From the IMG/VR virus record IMGVR_UViG_3300010376_000005, positions 1,971 through 65,970 of that record: 64,000 nt of DNA. One strand, 5' to 3'. How positions within the stretch are numbered: the first letter of the stretch is position 1; the number at the start of each line of letters is the position of its first letter. This DNA comes from a virus. Its lineage: Duplodnaviria; Caudoviricetes. Positions 9,539-18,700 of the stretch are shown here, piece after piece. The notes below the pieces were generated by a model that had not been told where the DNA came from, did not search any database, and was given only the letters and a program-made list of their open reading frames with translations. The translations under genes and the position numbers were made by a program.

Positions 9539-10186
9539 TCACCCCGGCTGCTGCAGGAACGTCGCCGTGATCGAGCCCGTCCCCGAATTGAACACCACCT
9601 GCAGCGCCAGCGGGACGAAGCCGTAGCTGCCCTGCTCGTTGGTCGAGGCGCCAACGAGCGCGGAGATCGATGACGGCTCCCACTTCACCGCCGCAGGTGG
9701 GACCGGGTTGGTCGGCGAATTGGGGTCGTCGAACGTCTGGTTTACGGTGAAGTTGACCGCGCCGGTCGCGACGATCGAGTAGGTGAGGTTCTGGCCGCCG
9801 TAGTCGTTCAGCCTGATCGGCGGCGAGACGACCGCCGCAGCGGTGCCGACCGAGATGGCGCCCGCAGCCTTGCCGCTGATCCGCACCGAGGTGACGGTGG
9901 CGTAGTTGTTGACGCTCAGCACGGTCGTGGCGTTGACGCCCTGCACCACCTCGCCGATCGCGTCGCCGCGCCAGCTTGTCCCTTCGATCGTGAAGGTATG
10001 GGCCGTTTCGTTCGCGGCGCAGGTGATCAGGACATTGCGGGCCGCGTCGAGGACAGCGATCCCACCCGCCACGGTGGGTCCGTTGAGGGTCAGCGGCCCA
10101 GCGGCTGCAGGCGTCTGGGCGAGGCAGATCGCCGTGGCGGACGCCGCCGCCGTGAACGGGCCCATGGTGAGGGTCGTCGGCCGCAT
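9539..10186 (-). CDS. structural hypothetical protein
   Basis: 215 aa, typical codon usage, tightly packed operon. Confidence 0.7.
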   Translation of the reverse strand: MRPTTLTMGPFTAAASATAICLAQTPAAAGPLTLNGPTVAGGIAVLDAARNVLITCAANETAHTFTIEGTSWRGDAIGEVVQGVNATTVLSVNNYATVTSVRISGKAAGAISVGTAAAVVSPPIRLNDYGGQNLTYSIVATGAVNFTVNQTFDDPNSPTNPVPPAAVKWEPSSISALVGASTNEQGSYGFVPLALQVVFNSGTGSITATFLQQPG

Positions 10187-10199
10187 GGCGCGCCTGGGC

Positions 10200-10451
10200 T
10201 CAGTCTTCTTCGCTCATGAAGTGCCGGCCAGCCGGCTTCTCACCCGCCTTCGCCGAGCTGAACGGCCGCTCGTTGGCGCCAACGCCTCCGCCGCCCTTGC
10301 GCGGAGCCCGGCCGCCGGTCGCCCTGGCGTGCTCGCCGCGGATTTCGCCGACGTGCTTGCGCTCGTCCTTCCGCTCCTCCTCGCGGCCTTCAGCCCGCTC
10401 TTCCTTGTCTTTGCTGGTCTCGCCGCCGCGGCGGCGCATCTTCGTCTTCAT
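10200..10451 (-). CDS. small highly charged protein
   Basis: 83 aa, K/R/E-rich, carries RRGG and RATGG motifs. Confidence 0.65.
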   Translation of the reverse strand: MKTKMRRRGGETSKDKEERAEGREEERKDERKHVGEIRGEHARATGGRAPRKGGGGVGANERPFSSAKAGEKPAGRHFMSEED

Positions 10452-10477
10452 CGCAAGACCCTTGGTTCTGGTTGTGG

Positions 10478-11029
10478 TCAGCTTATCGGGGCGTTGATCC
10501 CCTGGACGTACTCGACAATGGCCAACGCGACGCCGGTTCCGGTGTTGGTCGAGGTGAACACCATCTGCTCATCGACATTGCCGATGTTGACCCAGTTCAG
10601 CAGCGTCGCGCCGGTTTCGGTCGTCACCGACGTGGTGGCGTTCGCCGCGCCCGTGACGGCGCCAGCGGCCGTGTAGGTGGTGGGCGAGACGGTGTTGCCG
10701 ATGCCGAAGGTGGTTGCCGCGCCGGTCCAGGGCGAAAGGATGAGCGTCGTGATCGCCAGGATCAGGCTCTGAGCCGGGATGATGATGTCGGGGCTGACGA
10801 ACACGCCTGCGGGCGACCCCGGCGAGGCGGCCTGGGTGATGCGCCCGGCCTGCACCATCTTGGCGTAGCCGACGTTGGCCAGCGCACCTGCGGTCGAGCC
10901 CAAGCCCGCGAGGGTCGAAGAGCCGTCCCAGTCCTTGATGTTGCCAGCGGTCAAGGGGCCGGTGAACTGGCTCGCGGGAAAGACAGGGTTGAGCGGAGAC
11001 TGGGTAAGCTGGCCGCCTTGGACGTTCAT
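10478..11029 (-). CDS. structural hypothetical protein downstream of the capsid gene
   Basis: 183 aa, SD-like GGAG upstream. Confidence 0.7.
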   Translation of the reverse strand: MNVQGGQLTQSPLNPVFPASQFTGPLTAGNIKDWDGSSTLAGLGSTAGALANVGYAKMVQAGRITQAASPGSPAGVFVSPDIIIPAQSLILAITTLILSPWTGAATTFGIGNTVSPTTYTAAGAVTGAANATTSVTTETGATLLNWVNIGNVDEQMVFTSTNTGTGVALAIVEYVQGINAPIS

Positions 11030-11038
11030 GGGTCGCTC

Positions 11039-11953
11039 CTAAGAGGTCGGATAGCTGGCCCAGCCGGCGCGCGGGTTGTAGTAAGCAAACGAGTAGCGTT
11101 CGTAAGCTTTGACCAGCAGGTTGTCGGTCACGAAGTCGACCTGCATGTCGGTTTCGAACGCGATACGGGTCATGTAGCTGAGCCCGTCAATATTCGTCAG
11201 CAGGAACCACGCGAAGGGACTGGTGAGGAAGTCCATCACCATGTAGCCCTCGGGCAAACCGCCCGCCGTCGAGTGGATTGCATTGACGTCGTTGTCGGCG
11301 GTTCCCGGCCGCAGCTCGGTCTTGGTCAGTCGGATCGCCACCGGCTCCAACTGCGGCGGCACGATCAGCTTGCGCGCCCTGGAGAACATGCGCAGCCCGG
11401 CCTGATCGCGGAACTGGGTGCGGACCTGCACCATGCCGTTGAGCAGGGACGCCTCGTTGAGATCAACTGGCGTCGCAGCGATGTTCGAATAGACCCCGCC
11501 GTCGATCGGGTGGTTCGGCGCGAATAACGAGACGCCGTCGCCGCCGATCGTCGGGTCGTACACTGAGCCGACGTTGAAGACATTCGCCCCGTACAACTCT
11601 TTGGTTTGTTGGTAGCTCTCCACCAAACCTAAGTTGCTGGGGTGGAACTGGCTCTTATACAGATTATCATCGATCGACTTGCGCGTCATTGCATAGCCGA
11701 GACCGATTTCCCTGTGCTCTTGATTGAAGATGAAGCGCTCACCAGCCGCGTTGTCGAACTGGGTTTGGCCGCCTTCAGTCTTGAGTTGGGCGAGACCCAG
11801 GTAACGCATCTCGACGGTGCGTTCGAGCGCCATCTTCGAGGTGTGCCGCGTGAAGACCTTGTCCCACTGGCTGGGGATCTGCTCGTACTTGCCTTCGACT
11901 CCGCGAAGCCCTGGCAGGAGAAGATCTCTGATTGCGGATAGGTTGACAGCCAT
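11039..11953 (-). CDS. major capsid protein (Mu gpT-like HK97 fold)
   Basis: MAVNLSAIRDLLLPGLRG..DGVSLFAPNHP..ARKLIVPPQLE..AYERYSF, characteristic of this capsid family. Confidence 0.9.
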   Translation of the reverse strand: MAVNLSAIRDLLLPGLRGVEGKYEQIPSQWDKVFTRHTSKMALERTVEMRYLGLAQLKTEGGQTQFDNAAGERFIFNQEHREIGLGYAMTRKSIDDNLYKSQFHPSNLGLVESYQQTKELYGANVFNVGSVYDPTIGGDGVSLFAPNHPIDGGVYSNIAATPVDLNEASLLNGMVQVRTQFRDQAGLRMFSRARKLIVPPQLEPVAIRLTKTELRPGTADNDVNAIHSTAGGLPEGYMVMDFLTSPFAWFLLTNIDGLSYMTRIAFETDMQVDFVTDNLLVKAYERYSFAYYNPRAGWASYPTS

Positions 11954-11962
11954 CGCGCGCCC

Positions 11963-12571
11963 CTATGCCTGCGCCGTCAGAGACTTGGTCTCGACGTTAT
12001 TGAAGGCCACGATCGCCCAATTGTACGGACCCGCCTGGGTGCCTGGACCGCCCGGTGGATCGACCACGAGGCTGACCACCCTGAACGGAAGCGTGGCGGT
12101 GACGGCGCGCGCGACAGCCATGTCGATGTACGCGCCCGAGATCCCGTTGGCGGTGTTGCCGGCGCCGTACCCGAACTGGGCGTTCAGGCCGACGTCGGCC
12201 GGCACGAACCCGACGGTGGGTGAGTTGCCGGCCTGGACCCGAAAGCGTGCGCCGGGCGCGTTGATGATCCAGCAGCGCGACAAGCTCCCGGCCGCCACGT
12301 CGCCGGCTGGCCAGTAGTTCGACCAGACCATCCGCTTCTGCGAGACGCTGAGGTACTCGCAGCCGATGAAAATGCCGGCGAGGACGCCCGCGCCGGGCCC
12401 AGGCCCAGTGGTCGCGCCCGCGATCGTGCTGTCGGCGAGGCGGAAGACCGGGTCGCCCGTGAACATCGGCGCCGTGGTCGACGCGATGTTCTCTTGCTGC
12501 TGCTCGTAAGTGGGTGGCGAGCCAAGCCCGGCCGCCTCCTGGAAGCCGTACGGCGCGTTGGTGTTCGGCAC
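11963..12571 (-). CDS. capsid decoration/cement protein
   Basis: MPNTNAPYGF..IFIGCEY..YWP; directly upstream of the capsid gene. Confidence 0.65.
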   Translation of the reverse strand: MPNTNAPYGFQEAAGLGSPPTYEQQQENIASTTAPMFTGDPVFRLADSTIAGATTGPGPGAGVLAGIFIGCEYLSVSQKRMVWSNYWPAGDVAAGSLSRCWIINAPGARFRVQAGNSPTVGFVPADVGLNAQFGYGAGNTANGISGAYIDMAVARAVTATLPFRVVSLVVDPPGGPGTQAGPYNWAIVAFNNVETKSLTAQA

Positions 12572-12660
12572 GGTCCCTCACCCTGAGGTGGGAAGTCCGT
12601 TGCCGACACCGGGCCGGGCAGACTGTGGCTTGAGATGATCCCGCCCCGAGGGGGATCGAC

Positions 12661-12677
12661 TTGACGCGGAACGTAAG
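12661..12677 (+). promoter_or_regulatory. TTGAC-N7-GTAAG motif copy
   Basis: TTGAC GCGGAAC GTAAG in a divergent intergenic region. Confidence 0.6.
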
Positions 12678-12740
12678 CCCCAGTGCGCGGAACTGTCAAC
12701 TTGGCGTTATCATCCAGTCCCCGGCCCAAAGGAGCCTGAC

Positions 12741-13103
12741 ATGACTGAAGCCCCCCTCCCCACCTTGAGTGTCCAGACCGAAGCCAGTGTGCAGGGTGTC
12801 GTGCGTGCGAGGAATGAACTGGAGCAATGGACGAAGAATCTCGAACAGGCGCTCGCCGACGACGTCGCCGCTGAGCCGCCCAGGCTGACGCACGATCAGG
12901 CGGCGCAAGTCGCCAAGACCTACGGCGTCCATTCCCCGAGCGCCCACCCAGCCAAGCAACCGGAGGAGACCCACCAAGCGCCGGCAGCGGCGACGGCGAC
13001 CCCCGAACCCGAACCGCAGCATTCAGCCGCGCATGAGGAAAAGGCTGATACCGGACATAAGGTGTCCGATGAAAAGGCTAAGAAACCAAGCGGTAGTCGC
13101 TGA
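12741..13103 (+). CDS. hypothetical protein
   Basis: AAGGAG SD; 120 aa. Confidence 0.65.
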   Translation: MTEAPLPTLSVQTEASVQGVVRARNELEQWTKNLEQALADDVAAEPPRLTHDQAAQVAKTYGVHSPSAHPAKQPEETHQAPAAATATPEPEPQHSAAHEEKADTGHKVSDEKAKKPSGSR

Positions 13104-13168
13104 GCATTGACGTACCGAGGCACACGCGCGTAGCTTACCCCCCGTGTCAATCGGCGCTTGTCGGTGGC

Positions 13169-13564
13169 ATGGGGGGGATCGGGTACGTCCCGTCTCTTAG
13201 GAGGGAAAGCAAGTTGTCAGAACCTCACTATCTTTCACAGGCTAAGCGGCCCGCGCCTAAGAGGCCGAATTTCATCCCGTCCACGCCCAACTATCTCAGT
13301 TATAACTGGATCGATAAAGATCCAGACATGGACTTCATTGTCGGACTTATCGGCGAGAGCGGGCTTAGTCCTGAAGATATCGAGTTCGAGACTGAGAAAA
13401 TCGGTCACAAGGTCAGCCGCTATACGATCATGGGCTGGCTCTACAAGGCCGTAAAACGCCCTCAAAACTACACCATGACCATCGTCGCCTTGGCGCTTGG
13501 CTACAGCAAAACGTGGGGTCCGCTAGAGGCGGCCAACGGTAATCGCAAGAGGGGAGCAGCATGA
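13169..13564 (+). CDS. XRE-like HTH protein
   Basis: VSRYTIMGWLYKAVKRPQNYTMTIVALALGY; lower GC; exact start uncertain. Confidence 0.55.
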   Translation: MGGIGYVPSLRRESKLSEPHYLSQAKRPAPKRPNFIPSTPNYLSYNWIDKDPDMDFIVGLIGESGLSPEDIEFETEKIGHKVSRYTIMGWLYKAVKRPQNYTMTIVALALGYSKTWGPLEAANGNRKRGAA

Positions 13565-14850
13565 ACGAGCGGGGGGATGCAGAGAACCTAATGTCGGTTC
13601 TTCAGCAGGCCATGCATCATTTCGACGGTAAATTGTCTCGCGAAGTGTCATTAGAACTGGTCGAACACTTCGTCGACAGTTCTAGAAAGATCGACCAGAT
13701 CCTCGGGCTCGCGGCGCCTCTCAATGGCCAGCCGGTCCGATCTGAGCCGGTTCGCGAGCAGCTCCAGGCGCCTAAGGCCCAGGCCCTGGCCGCGCCGGAA
13801 AAGCTGCCCCAATCGTCGGGACAGCTTTCAGAACGAAAGCCGGCCGAGGGCGATGTCTTCCGTGACGGCCAGTGGGGCAAGATGCTCCACACCAGGGCGC
13901 ATCAGCAACGTCACAGGAACGGCACGGTCGTCGACATCCCGGCCAGCGATCGGTTCTATCCCTACCCGCCGCACTCGAAGAAATTCAAAGCCCTGAACTC
14001 TGTGAAGTCGGTCAGCAAGAAGCCGACAACGACGGGGATGCACTCGTCTGAAGCATCGCCGCCGGACGAGAACGGCATCAGCATGCTGGGCGGCGTGCCA
14101 GGGCGTCTGATCCAGATGGCGGCGATGCAGCGCACGCTCAAGGACGGCACTGTTCAGGAGCAACCCGCACACATCCGCTGGCGCCCCCTGGGCGGCAAGG
14201 ACATGGCCAAGTGGAACGCGGCCCATGCCGACCAGCCGGCGCGCGAGAGAGCGACGCTGGCGACTAGCTCGGACGGGCAGATCGTCGAGCGGGCGCTGCA
14301 GGGCGAGCTGCCAGAGGTGATCGCCGTCGACCTGGGCGTCGACATCGAGCTTGTCTTCAAGCTGATGGCCAAGGCGCGCAAAGAGGGCGGTCTGGTGTTT
14401 CCTGGCGACGAGACCGGCCGCAACCTGTCGACCGCCTCGCCGCTGATGCAGAAGATTCGCGGGAGGCACATGGCGCCGCCGCCGCCGTGGTGGTGGCAGG
14501 ACCCCACTTCGCCGATCTGGGACAATCCCAATCTGCTGCCCAATGCGGTCGACGTGAAAGGCTCGATGGCGGCCCAGGGCCCGATGAGCGCCCTGTCCCA
14601 CGAGGCGATGTCGATGGCCGCCGCCCGGCGCGGCAAAACGCTCCGCCAGCACGTCGCAGAGCGGATCGAGATCGTCCGCCGCGTGCGCCTGGGCGAGAAA
14701 CCCGTGCAGGTCGCCAGGGACATGAACTGGGAGCCGTACAACGTCTACGGACTGCTGGCGCAGGTCGGCTATTCCGCGCAGGAAGCGGCGGCGCAGTACG
14801 GGCGCCCCGTTCTGGGCGGCAAGCAACCGGGGAAGCGAGCCGCGCGATGA
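13561..14850 (+). CDS. hypothetical protein with two HTH-like segments
   Basis: 429 aa; GELPEVIAVDLGV and GEKPVQVARDMNW. Confidence 0.7.
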   Translation: MNERGDAENLMSVLQQAMHHFDGKLSREVSLELVEHFVDSSRKIDQILGLAAPLNGQPVRSEPVREQLQAPKAQALAAPEKLPQSSGQLSERKPAEGDVFRDGQWGKMLHTRAHQQRHRNGTVVDIPASDRFYPYPPHSKKFKALNSVKSVSKKPTTTGMHSSEASPPDENGISMLGGVPGRLIQMAAMQRTLKDGTVQEQPAHIRWRPLGGKDMAKWNAAHADQPARERATLATSSDGQIVERALQGELPEVIAVDLGVDIELVFKLMAKARKEGGLVFPGDETGRNLSTASPLMQKIRGRHMAPPPPWWWQDPTSPIWDNPNLLPNAVDVKGSMAAQGPMSALSHEAMSMAAARRGKTLRQHVAERIEIVRRVRLGEKPVQVARDMNWEPYNVYGLLAQVGYSAQEAAAQYGRPVLGGKQPGKRAAR

Positions 14851-15020
14851 GCCACTTCCCATGGCGCGACCTGACTGTGTTCCTGCTGTTTGGGACCTGC
14901 GCGTTTCAGTCGCTCGCGATCTGGTATCTGCAGCGGCAGCTACAAGCGCTCGCCATCGTCCTCAAGATGGTCGCCGGGGCGCAGATGCACATGCTCAAGG
15001 CCTGGGGCTGGCGGAGATGA
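14847..15020 (+). CDS. small membrane protein
   Basis: MSHFPWRDLTVFLLFG..., ATGA overlaps at both ends. Confidence 0.55.
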   Translation: MSHFPWRDLTVFLLFGTCAFQSLAIWYLQRQLQALAIVLKMVAGAQMHMLKAWGWRR

Positions 15021-15676
15021 CCGACCTCGTCGCGGCCATCCGCGACATCCCGCTGCCGCCCGCGATGGCGAAGCTGCCGGTCCAGAACGGCTACCCGGTC
15101 CCGTGGTTTGTCGGCTGGGTCAATGGCGAGCCTGACTTCCGCATGATTGGCCCCGGCAAGGTGTTTCGGGCGGTCAAGGAGAAGCGCTGCTGGCTGTGCG
15201 GCGAGCCGCTGGGGCGGCTCAAGGCCTCGGTGATCGGTCCCATGTGCGCGGTCAACCGGATCACCAGCGAGCCGCCGTGCCACCCGCTGTGCGCCCACTA
15301 CGCCGTCCGCGCCTGCCCGTTTCTCAGCAACCCGCGGATGCGGCGGAACACCAAGGATCTGCCGGAGGAAGGGCAAGAGGCCGCCGGTATCCACATTGAC
15401 CGCAACCCCGGCGCGATGGTGCTCTGGATGAGCCTTGCGTTCAGCCGCCCATTCACGCCCCACCTCGGCAACCCCGGCGTGCTGTTCGATCTGCCGCCGC
15501 CGCATGCGGTCGAGTGGTGGATGCGCGGCCGGCGGGCGACGCGCGAGGAGGCGAAGGAAGCGGTCAAGGCCGGGTTGCCCGCCCTGCGTGAGGTCGCCGC
15601 CCAGGAAGGCGAAGAGGCCCTGCAGGCGCTCGCCGAGCAGGTGAATCGGATCTGGCCGCTGTACCCAGAGGAGTGA
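15017..15676 (+). CDS. conserved Cys/His-rich phage protein
   Basis: Start MTDLVAAIR; CWLCGEPL..EPPCHPLCAHYAVRACPFL. Confidence 0.75.
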   Translation: MTDLVAAIRDIPLPPAMAKLPVQNGYPVPWFVGWVNGEPDFRMIGPGKVFRAVKEKRCWLCGEPLGRLKASVIGPMCAVNRITSEPPCHPLCAHYAVRACPFLSNPRMRRNTKDLPEEGQEAAGIHIDRNPGAMVLWMSLAFSRPFTPHLGNPGVLFDLPPPHAVEWWMRGRRATREEAKEAVKAGLPALREVAAQEGEEALQALAEQVNRIWPLYPEE

Positions 15677-15679
15677 TCG

Positions 15680-16264
15680 TTGCATCTGCAGCAGAAAAAA
15701 CCCCTAGCCGTGCGTACACGGACCTGCGACGGCTGCGATCTCTGCTGCACGGTGAGCGGCGTCGCGGCCCTTGAGAAGCCGCCAGGGATCCGCTGCCGTC
15801 ATCTGACGGTCCTGGCCGAGCCGGGTCGCAACTGCATGATCTACGAGCGCCGGCCGGCGGACTGCAAATCGTTCCTGTGCATCTGGCGTTCGTCCGACAC
15901 GGCGCTGAGCGAGGCGTTCCGCCCCGCCGACTGTGGGTTCGCGCTCTGGGTCAACGATCCCTTCCAGTGGCCGATGGTGATCACCGTTGGCGTGGATCCG
16001 GCGCGGCCCGACGCCTGGGACCAACCGCATTACCGCGCCCGGTTCGCCGAGATCGCCTGGGAGCTGAACTGCATGGTCGCGATCGGCCAGGGCGCGCTCG
16101 CCAGCCACGTCTTCGCGCCTAGCGGCACGGTCTACGCCAAGGGTGACTACCCGATGTTCTTTTTGGCCAACGGGCACGTCGGCGTCCCCGACTTCGACTT
16201 CCGTCCCGGCGTGCGTCCCTCGATCCGTGAGATCGCCAGCATGCTGATGGGGATTCCGGCGTGA
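15680..16264 (+). CDS. YkgJ-like cysteine-cluster protein
   Basis: CDGCDLCC..CRHL..CMIYERRPADCKSFLC. Confidence 0.7.
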   Translation: MHLQQKKPLAVRTRTCDGCDLCCTVSGVAALEKPPGIRCRHLTVLAEPGRNCMIYERRPADCKSFLCIWRSSDTALSEAFRPADCGFALWVNDPFQWPMVITVGVDPARPDAWDQPHYRARFAEIAWELNCMVAIGQGALASHVFAPSGTVYAKGDYPMFFLANGHVGVPDFDFRPGVRPSIREIASMLMGIPA

Positions 16265-16512
16265 CCACCCCAACCCCGACGGAGCAGCGCATCGCGCTGA
16301 TTGCGACCGTTGCCGAAGCGATGCTCAATCCCGGCCCAGAGACGCCCAAGACGCGATTCCTCATCATCGCGCTGACCCCAGAGGGCGACGCCCACTCGTC
16401 CGGCAATCTGAGGATCCAAGAGGTCGGCGGCTTCCTCAGCGACTACGTCATGGGCATCGTCGCCAAAGGCGAGAAACGCCGCCGCCGCAGAGCCAAGGGA
16501 AACCCCGCGTGA
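16261..16512 (+). CDS. hypothetical protein
   Basis: 83 aa, GTGA overlaps. Confidence 0.55.
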   Translation: MTTPTPTEQRIALIATVAEAMLNPGPETPKTRFLIIALTPEGDAHSSGNLRIQEVGGFLSDYVMGIVAKGEKRRRRRAKGNPA

Positions 16513-16742
16513 CCGACGAGTCCGTGCTCTCGATGTGGACGGTGTACGACCACCCGAGTGACTTCCCCCACTGCTACGTCGCGCGGCGCCACGCCATCGT
16601 CCAGGGCCAATCCGTAGCGACCACCCAGGTGATGGTCTCAAACGAGCTGCGGGCCCTCCAGGGGATGCTGAGGGGGATGGGCCTCGTGAAGCTCGCGCGC
16701 GACCCGGACGACGACCCGGTGATTGTCGAGGTGTGGCTATGA
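16509..16742 (+). CDS. hypothetical protein, paralog of 49210..49440
   Basis: WTVYDHPSDFPHCYVAR..DDPVIVEVWL. Confidence 0.7.
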   Translation: MTDESVLSMWTVYDHPSDFPHCYVARRHAIVQGQSVATTQVMVSNELRALQGMLRGMGLVKLARDPDDDPVIVEVWL

Positions 16743-17074
16743 CGACGCGCGTCTGGATCGCCCAATGTCTCTGCCCCGACCGCCACTGCATCTGCGCGCT
16801 CACCGACGAGATCGATGACCGCGACGACCCTGCCCCGCTCGCCGAAGCCCTCGCCAAGGCGCTGGCGGACACCGTCAGGAAAATGCTCGCGGAGAAGCTG
16901 CTCAACCCCTGGTGCGGCCTGTGCGAGGCGCCTGAGGCGTCCTGGCATTTCGAGGTTGCCCGCACCCGCTTCGACACGCTGGAGGCGGCCAGGGCGTCGT
17001 TCGAACGGACCACTGAGGATCAGGCGATGACGCGCGCGATCTTCGGCGACATGGACCGCAGTCGATTGCAGTAG
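16739..17074 (+). CDS. hypothetical Cys-containing protein
   Basis: CLCPDRHC..NPWCGLC. Confidence 0.65.
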   Translation: MTTRVWIAQCLCPDRHCICALTDEIDDRDDPAPLAEALAKALADTVRKMLAEKLLNPWCGLCEAPEASWHFEVARTRFDTLEAARASFERTTEDQAMTRAIFGDMDRSRLQ

Positions 17075-17084
17075 GAGGAGCGTT

Positions 17085-17276
17085 ATGGACGCCAAAGAGA
17101 ACGGCGACGGGGCGACGACTCTCACCAGGATGGAAGCCTGCGCACGCCAGCAGCTTGATTGGATGCACTCTGAAGGATTCGAGCCTGACGTGATCGAGGC
17201 TCAGGAGGCGATTGTCGAGCTGCTGGGGCGGCTGATCGCGGTGGAGCGGGAGCTGCCTATCGCAGATTTGCGATAA
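17085..17276 (+). CDS. hypothetical protein
   Basis: GGAGGAG SD; 63 aa. Confidence 0.55.
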   Translation: MDAKENGDGATTLTRMEACARQQLDWMHSEGFEPDVIEAQEAIVELLGRLIAVERELPIADLR

Positions 17277-17282
17277 GCCGCT

Positions 17283-17304
17283 GGCGCCCCGTTTCCGGGG
17301 CGCC
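17283..17304. terminator. GC hairpin between convergent operons
   Basis: GGCGCCCCG tttc CGGGGCGCC; no U-tract. Confidence 0.45.
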
Positions 17305-17311
17305 GTGGGCC

Positions 17312-18127
17312 CTACCAGCCGAACTTCTCGGCGCAGATCGGGCCGATCGCGCGATCGATGCTCTCGCCTTTGGTCAGCTTGCGACCACAGCACGAGCAGG
17401 CGCCGACGCGCTGGCCGTAGGCGGTCGCCGCCGCCGCTGGATCCGCGACCGCGGCCAGGATGCGGACCGAGGCCTCCGAGCTGCACTCGCGCGAGGCGAC
17501 GAAGCGGCCGGCGGAGATCTTGCCCAGGTAGCTCTCGCCTTCCTTGACGTAGATCGCGCCAGCGTTCTTGCCCGAGGCGCTGGCCAGCGAGAACACGAAC
17601 GTGTCCAGCCGCAGCTTTGGGCGCGCCACCTGATGCGCCAGGGCGGCCTGGAAGGCCTCCTCGATCCGGCTGGCGTCGGTGGTCGGGGCGGCGGCCTCGC
17701 GGGCCACGCGCTCGACCTTGCGCTCGGCGTCGCGCTCGATGCAGCGGGTGACGGCGGCGAGCTGACGCTCGGTGAGGAAGCCGTACTTGCCGAGGGCCTC
17801 GTTCAGCGACGCGGCGAACTCGCCACGCGCGGACGCCAGCCATGCCACCTCGGCCGGGTGGGCCGCGGCCCAGGCCTCAGCCTTGTTGACCTTGGTCCTG
17901 GCGGTCGAGGCGCGGCTCTTCTGCCGCTGCACCATGCTGGTGCGGTACTCGACCTTGCCCGTGCCCTTGCAGGAGTAGCAGGGGCCGAGGCTGCGGTAGG
18001 TGCCGAAGCGGCCGGAGCCGCCGCACTTGGGGCAGCGCTCCACGAACACCTCGGGGGCCGCCTTGGGCGCGCGCGAGCCGGCGTTCAGGTCGTCCTCAAA
18101 GTCGGCGAAGAAGGCGTTGCCGGTCAT
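17312..18127 (-). CDS. DnaJ-type zinc finger plus DUF6011-like protein
   Basis: Start MTGNAFF; CPKCGGSG..CYSCKGTG; C-terminal CSCCGRKLT..SIDRAIGPICAEK. Confidence 0.75.
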   Translation of the reverse strand: MTGNAFFADFEDDLNAGSRAPKAAPEVFVERCPKCGGSGRFGTYRSLGPCYSCKGTGKVEYRTSMVQRQKSRASTARTKVNKAEAWAAAHPAEVAWLASARGEFAASLNEALGKYGFLTERQLAAVTRCIERDAERKVERVAREAAAPTTDASRIEEAFQAALAHQVARPKLRLDTFVFSLASASGKNAGAIYVKEGESYLGKISAGRFVASRECSSEASVRILAAVADPAAAATAYGQRVGACSCCGRKLTKGESIDRAIGPICAEKFGW

Positions 18128-18135
18128 GTCAGTCT

Positions 18136-18243
18136 CAGTCTTCCGTTCGCCCGCCGGGCCGATCCCAGCGGGTGATTTCCTGATACCTGACAATTTGACC
18201 TCCTGTAAATAAGCGGACGTCAGGAAACGGTGCGACAAGTTGG
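18136..18243 (-). repeat. repeated promoter/stem-loop element, copy A
   Basis: CTTGTCGCACC..GACGTCC..TTTACA-N18-TATCAG..GAAATCACC..GGCCCGGCGG on the minus strand. Confidence 0.8.
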
Positions 18244-18260
18244 CCGTCAGACGGCGGGCG

Positions 18261-18428
18261 TCAGATGCGCCCTCCCCGCGCGAGGGCGCGCTCCAGCGTC
18301 TCTGCGTAGGCGCGGCGATCCACCCGCGCGAGGTCGAACCCCTCCTTGTCGCACTCGCGGCGGATGATCCGCGCCGCGACCCGTTCCTGCTCTGCGATGA
18401 ACCGCTCATCGATCACCACTTTTCGCAT
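18261..18428 (-). CDS. hypothetical protein
   Basis: MRKVVIDERF..., start overlaps the upstream stop. Confidence 0.55.
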   Translation of the reverse strand: MRKVVIDERFIAEQERVAARIIRRECDKEGFDLARVDRRAYAETLERALARGGRI

Positions 18429-18700
18429 CAGGCAGCCTCCTTCACCTTGCGCTGCAGCCAGTGCAGCGCCGCAGCTTGGGCTTCTTCGTAGGTTTTGAAG
18501 TTGCGAAACCGGATCGAGCCATTGCCGTGCGCCTTGGTCCGCAAGCGGAACTGGCCGTAATACGAGCTGATCTGCGCGGACATTCCGCGCGGCATGGCAG
18601 GCGACACGAGCCATGAAACGAAGGCCTGGGTGCCGGCCGCGTTGTAAGTCTCCCTGAACTCGACAGGGAAGCTCAGGGAGGGGAAGTCGATGCGGGCCAT
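18428..18700 (-). CDS. hypothetical protein
   Basis: MARIDFPSLSF..., start overlaps the upstream stop. Confidence 0.6.
   Translation of the reverse strand: MARIDFPSLSFPVEFRETYNAAGTQAFVSWLVSPAMPRGMSAQISSYYGQFRLRTKAHGNGSIRFRNFKTYEEAQAAALHWLQRKVKEAA

Noticed and set aside
12600-12740. Inverted repeats marking the proposed inversion ends
   Set aside because: The only shared string with 42020-42036 (CGCG(G/A)AACTGTCA) is in direct orientation.
15697-15712. Second serine-recombinase site (AAAACCCCTAGCCG)
   Set aside because: Extra C, no right arm, and inside a coding region.
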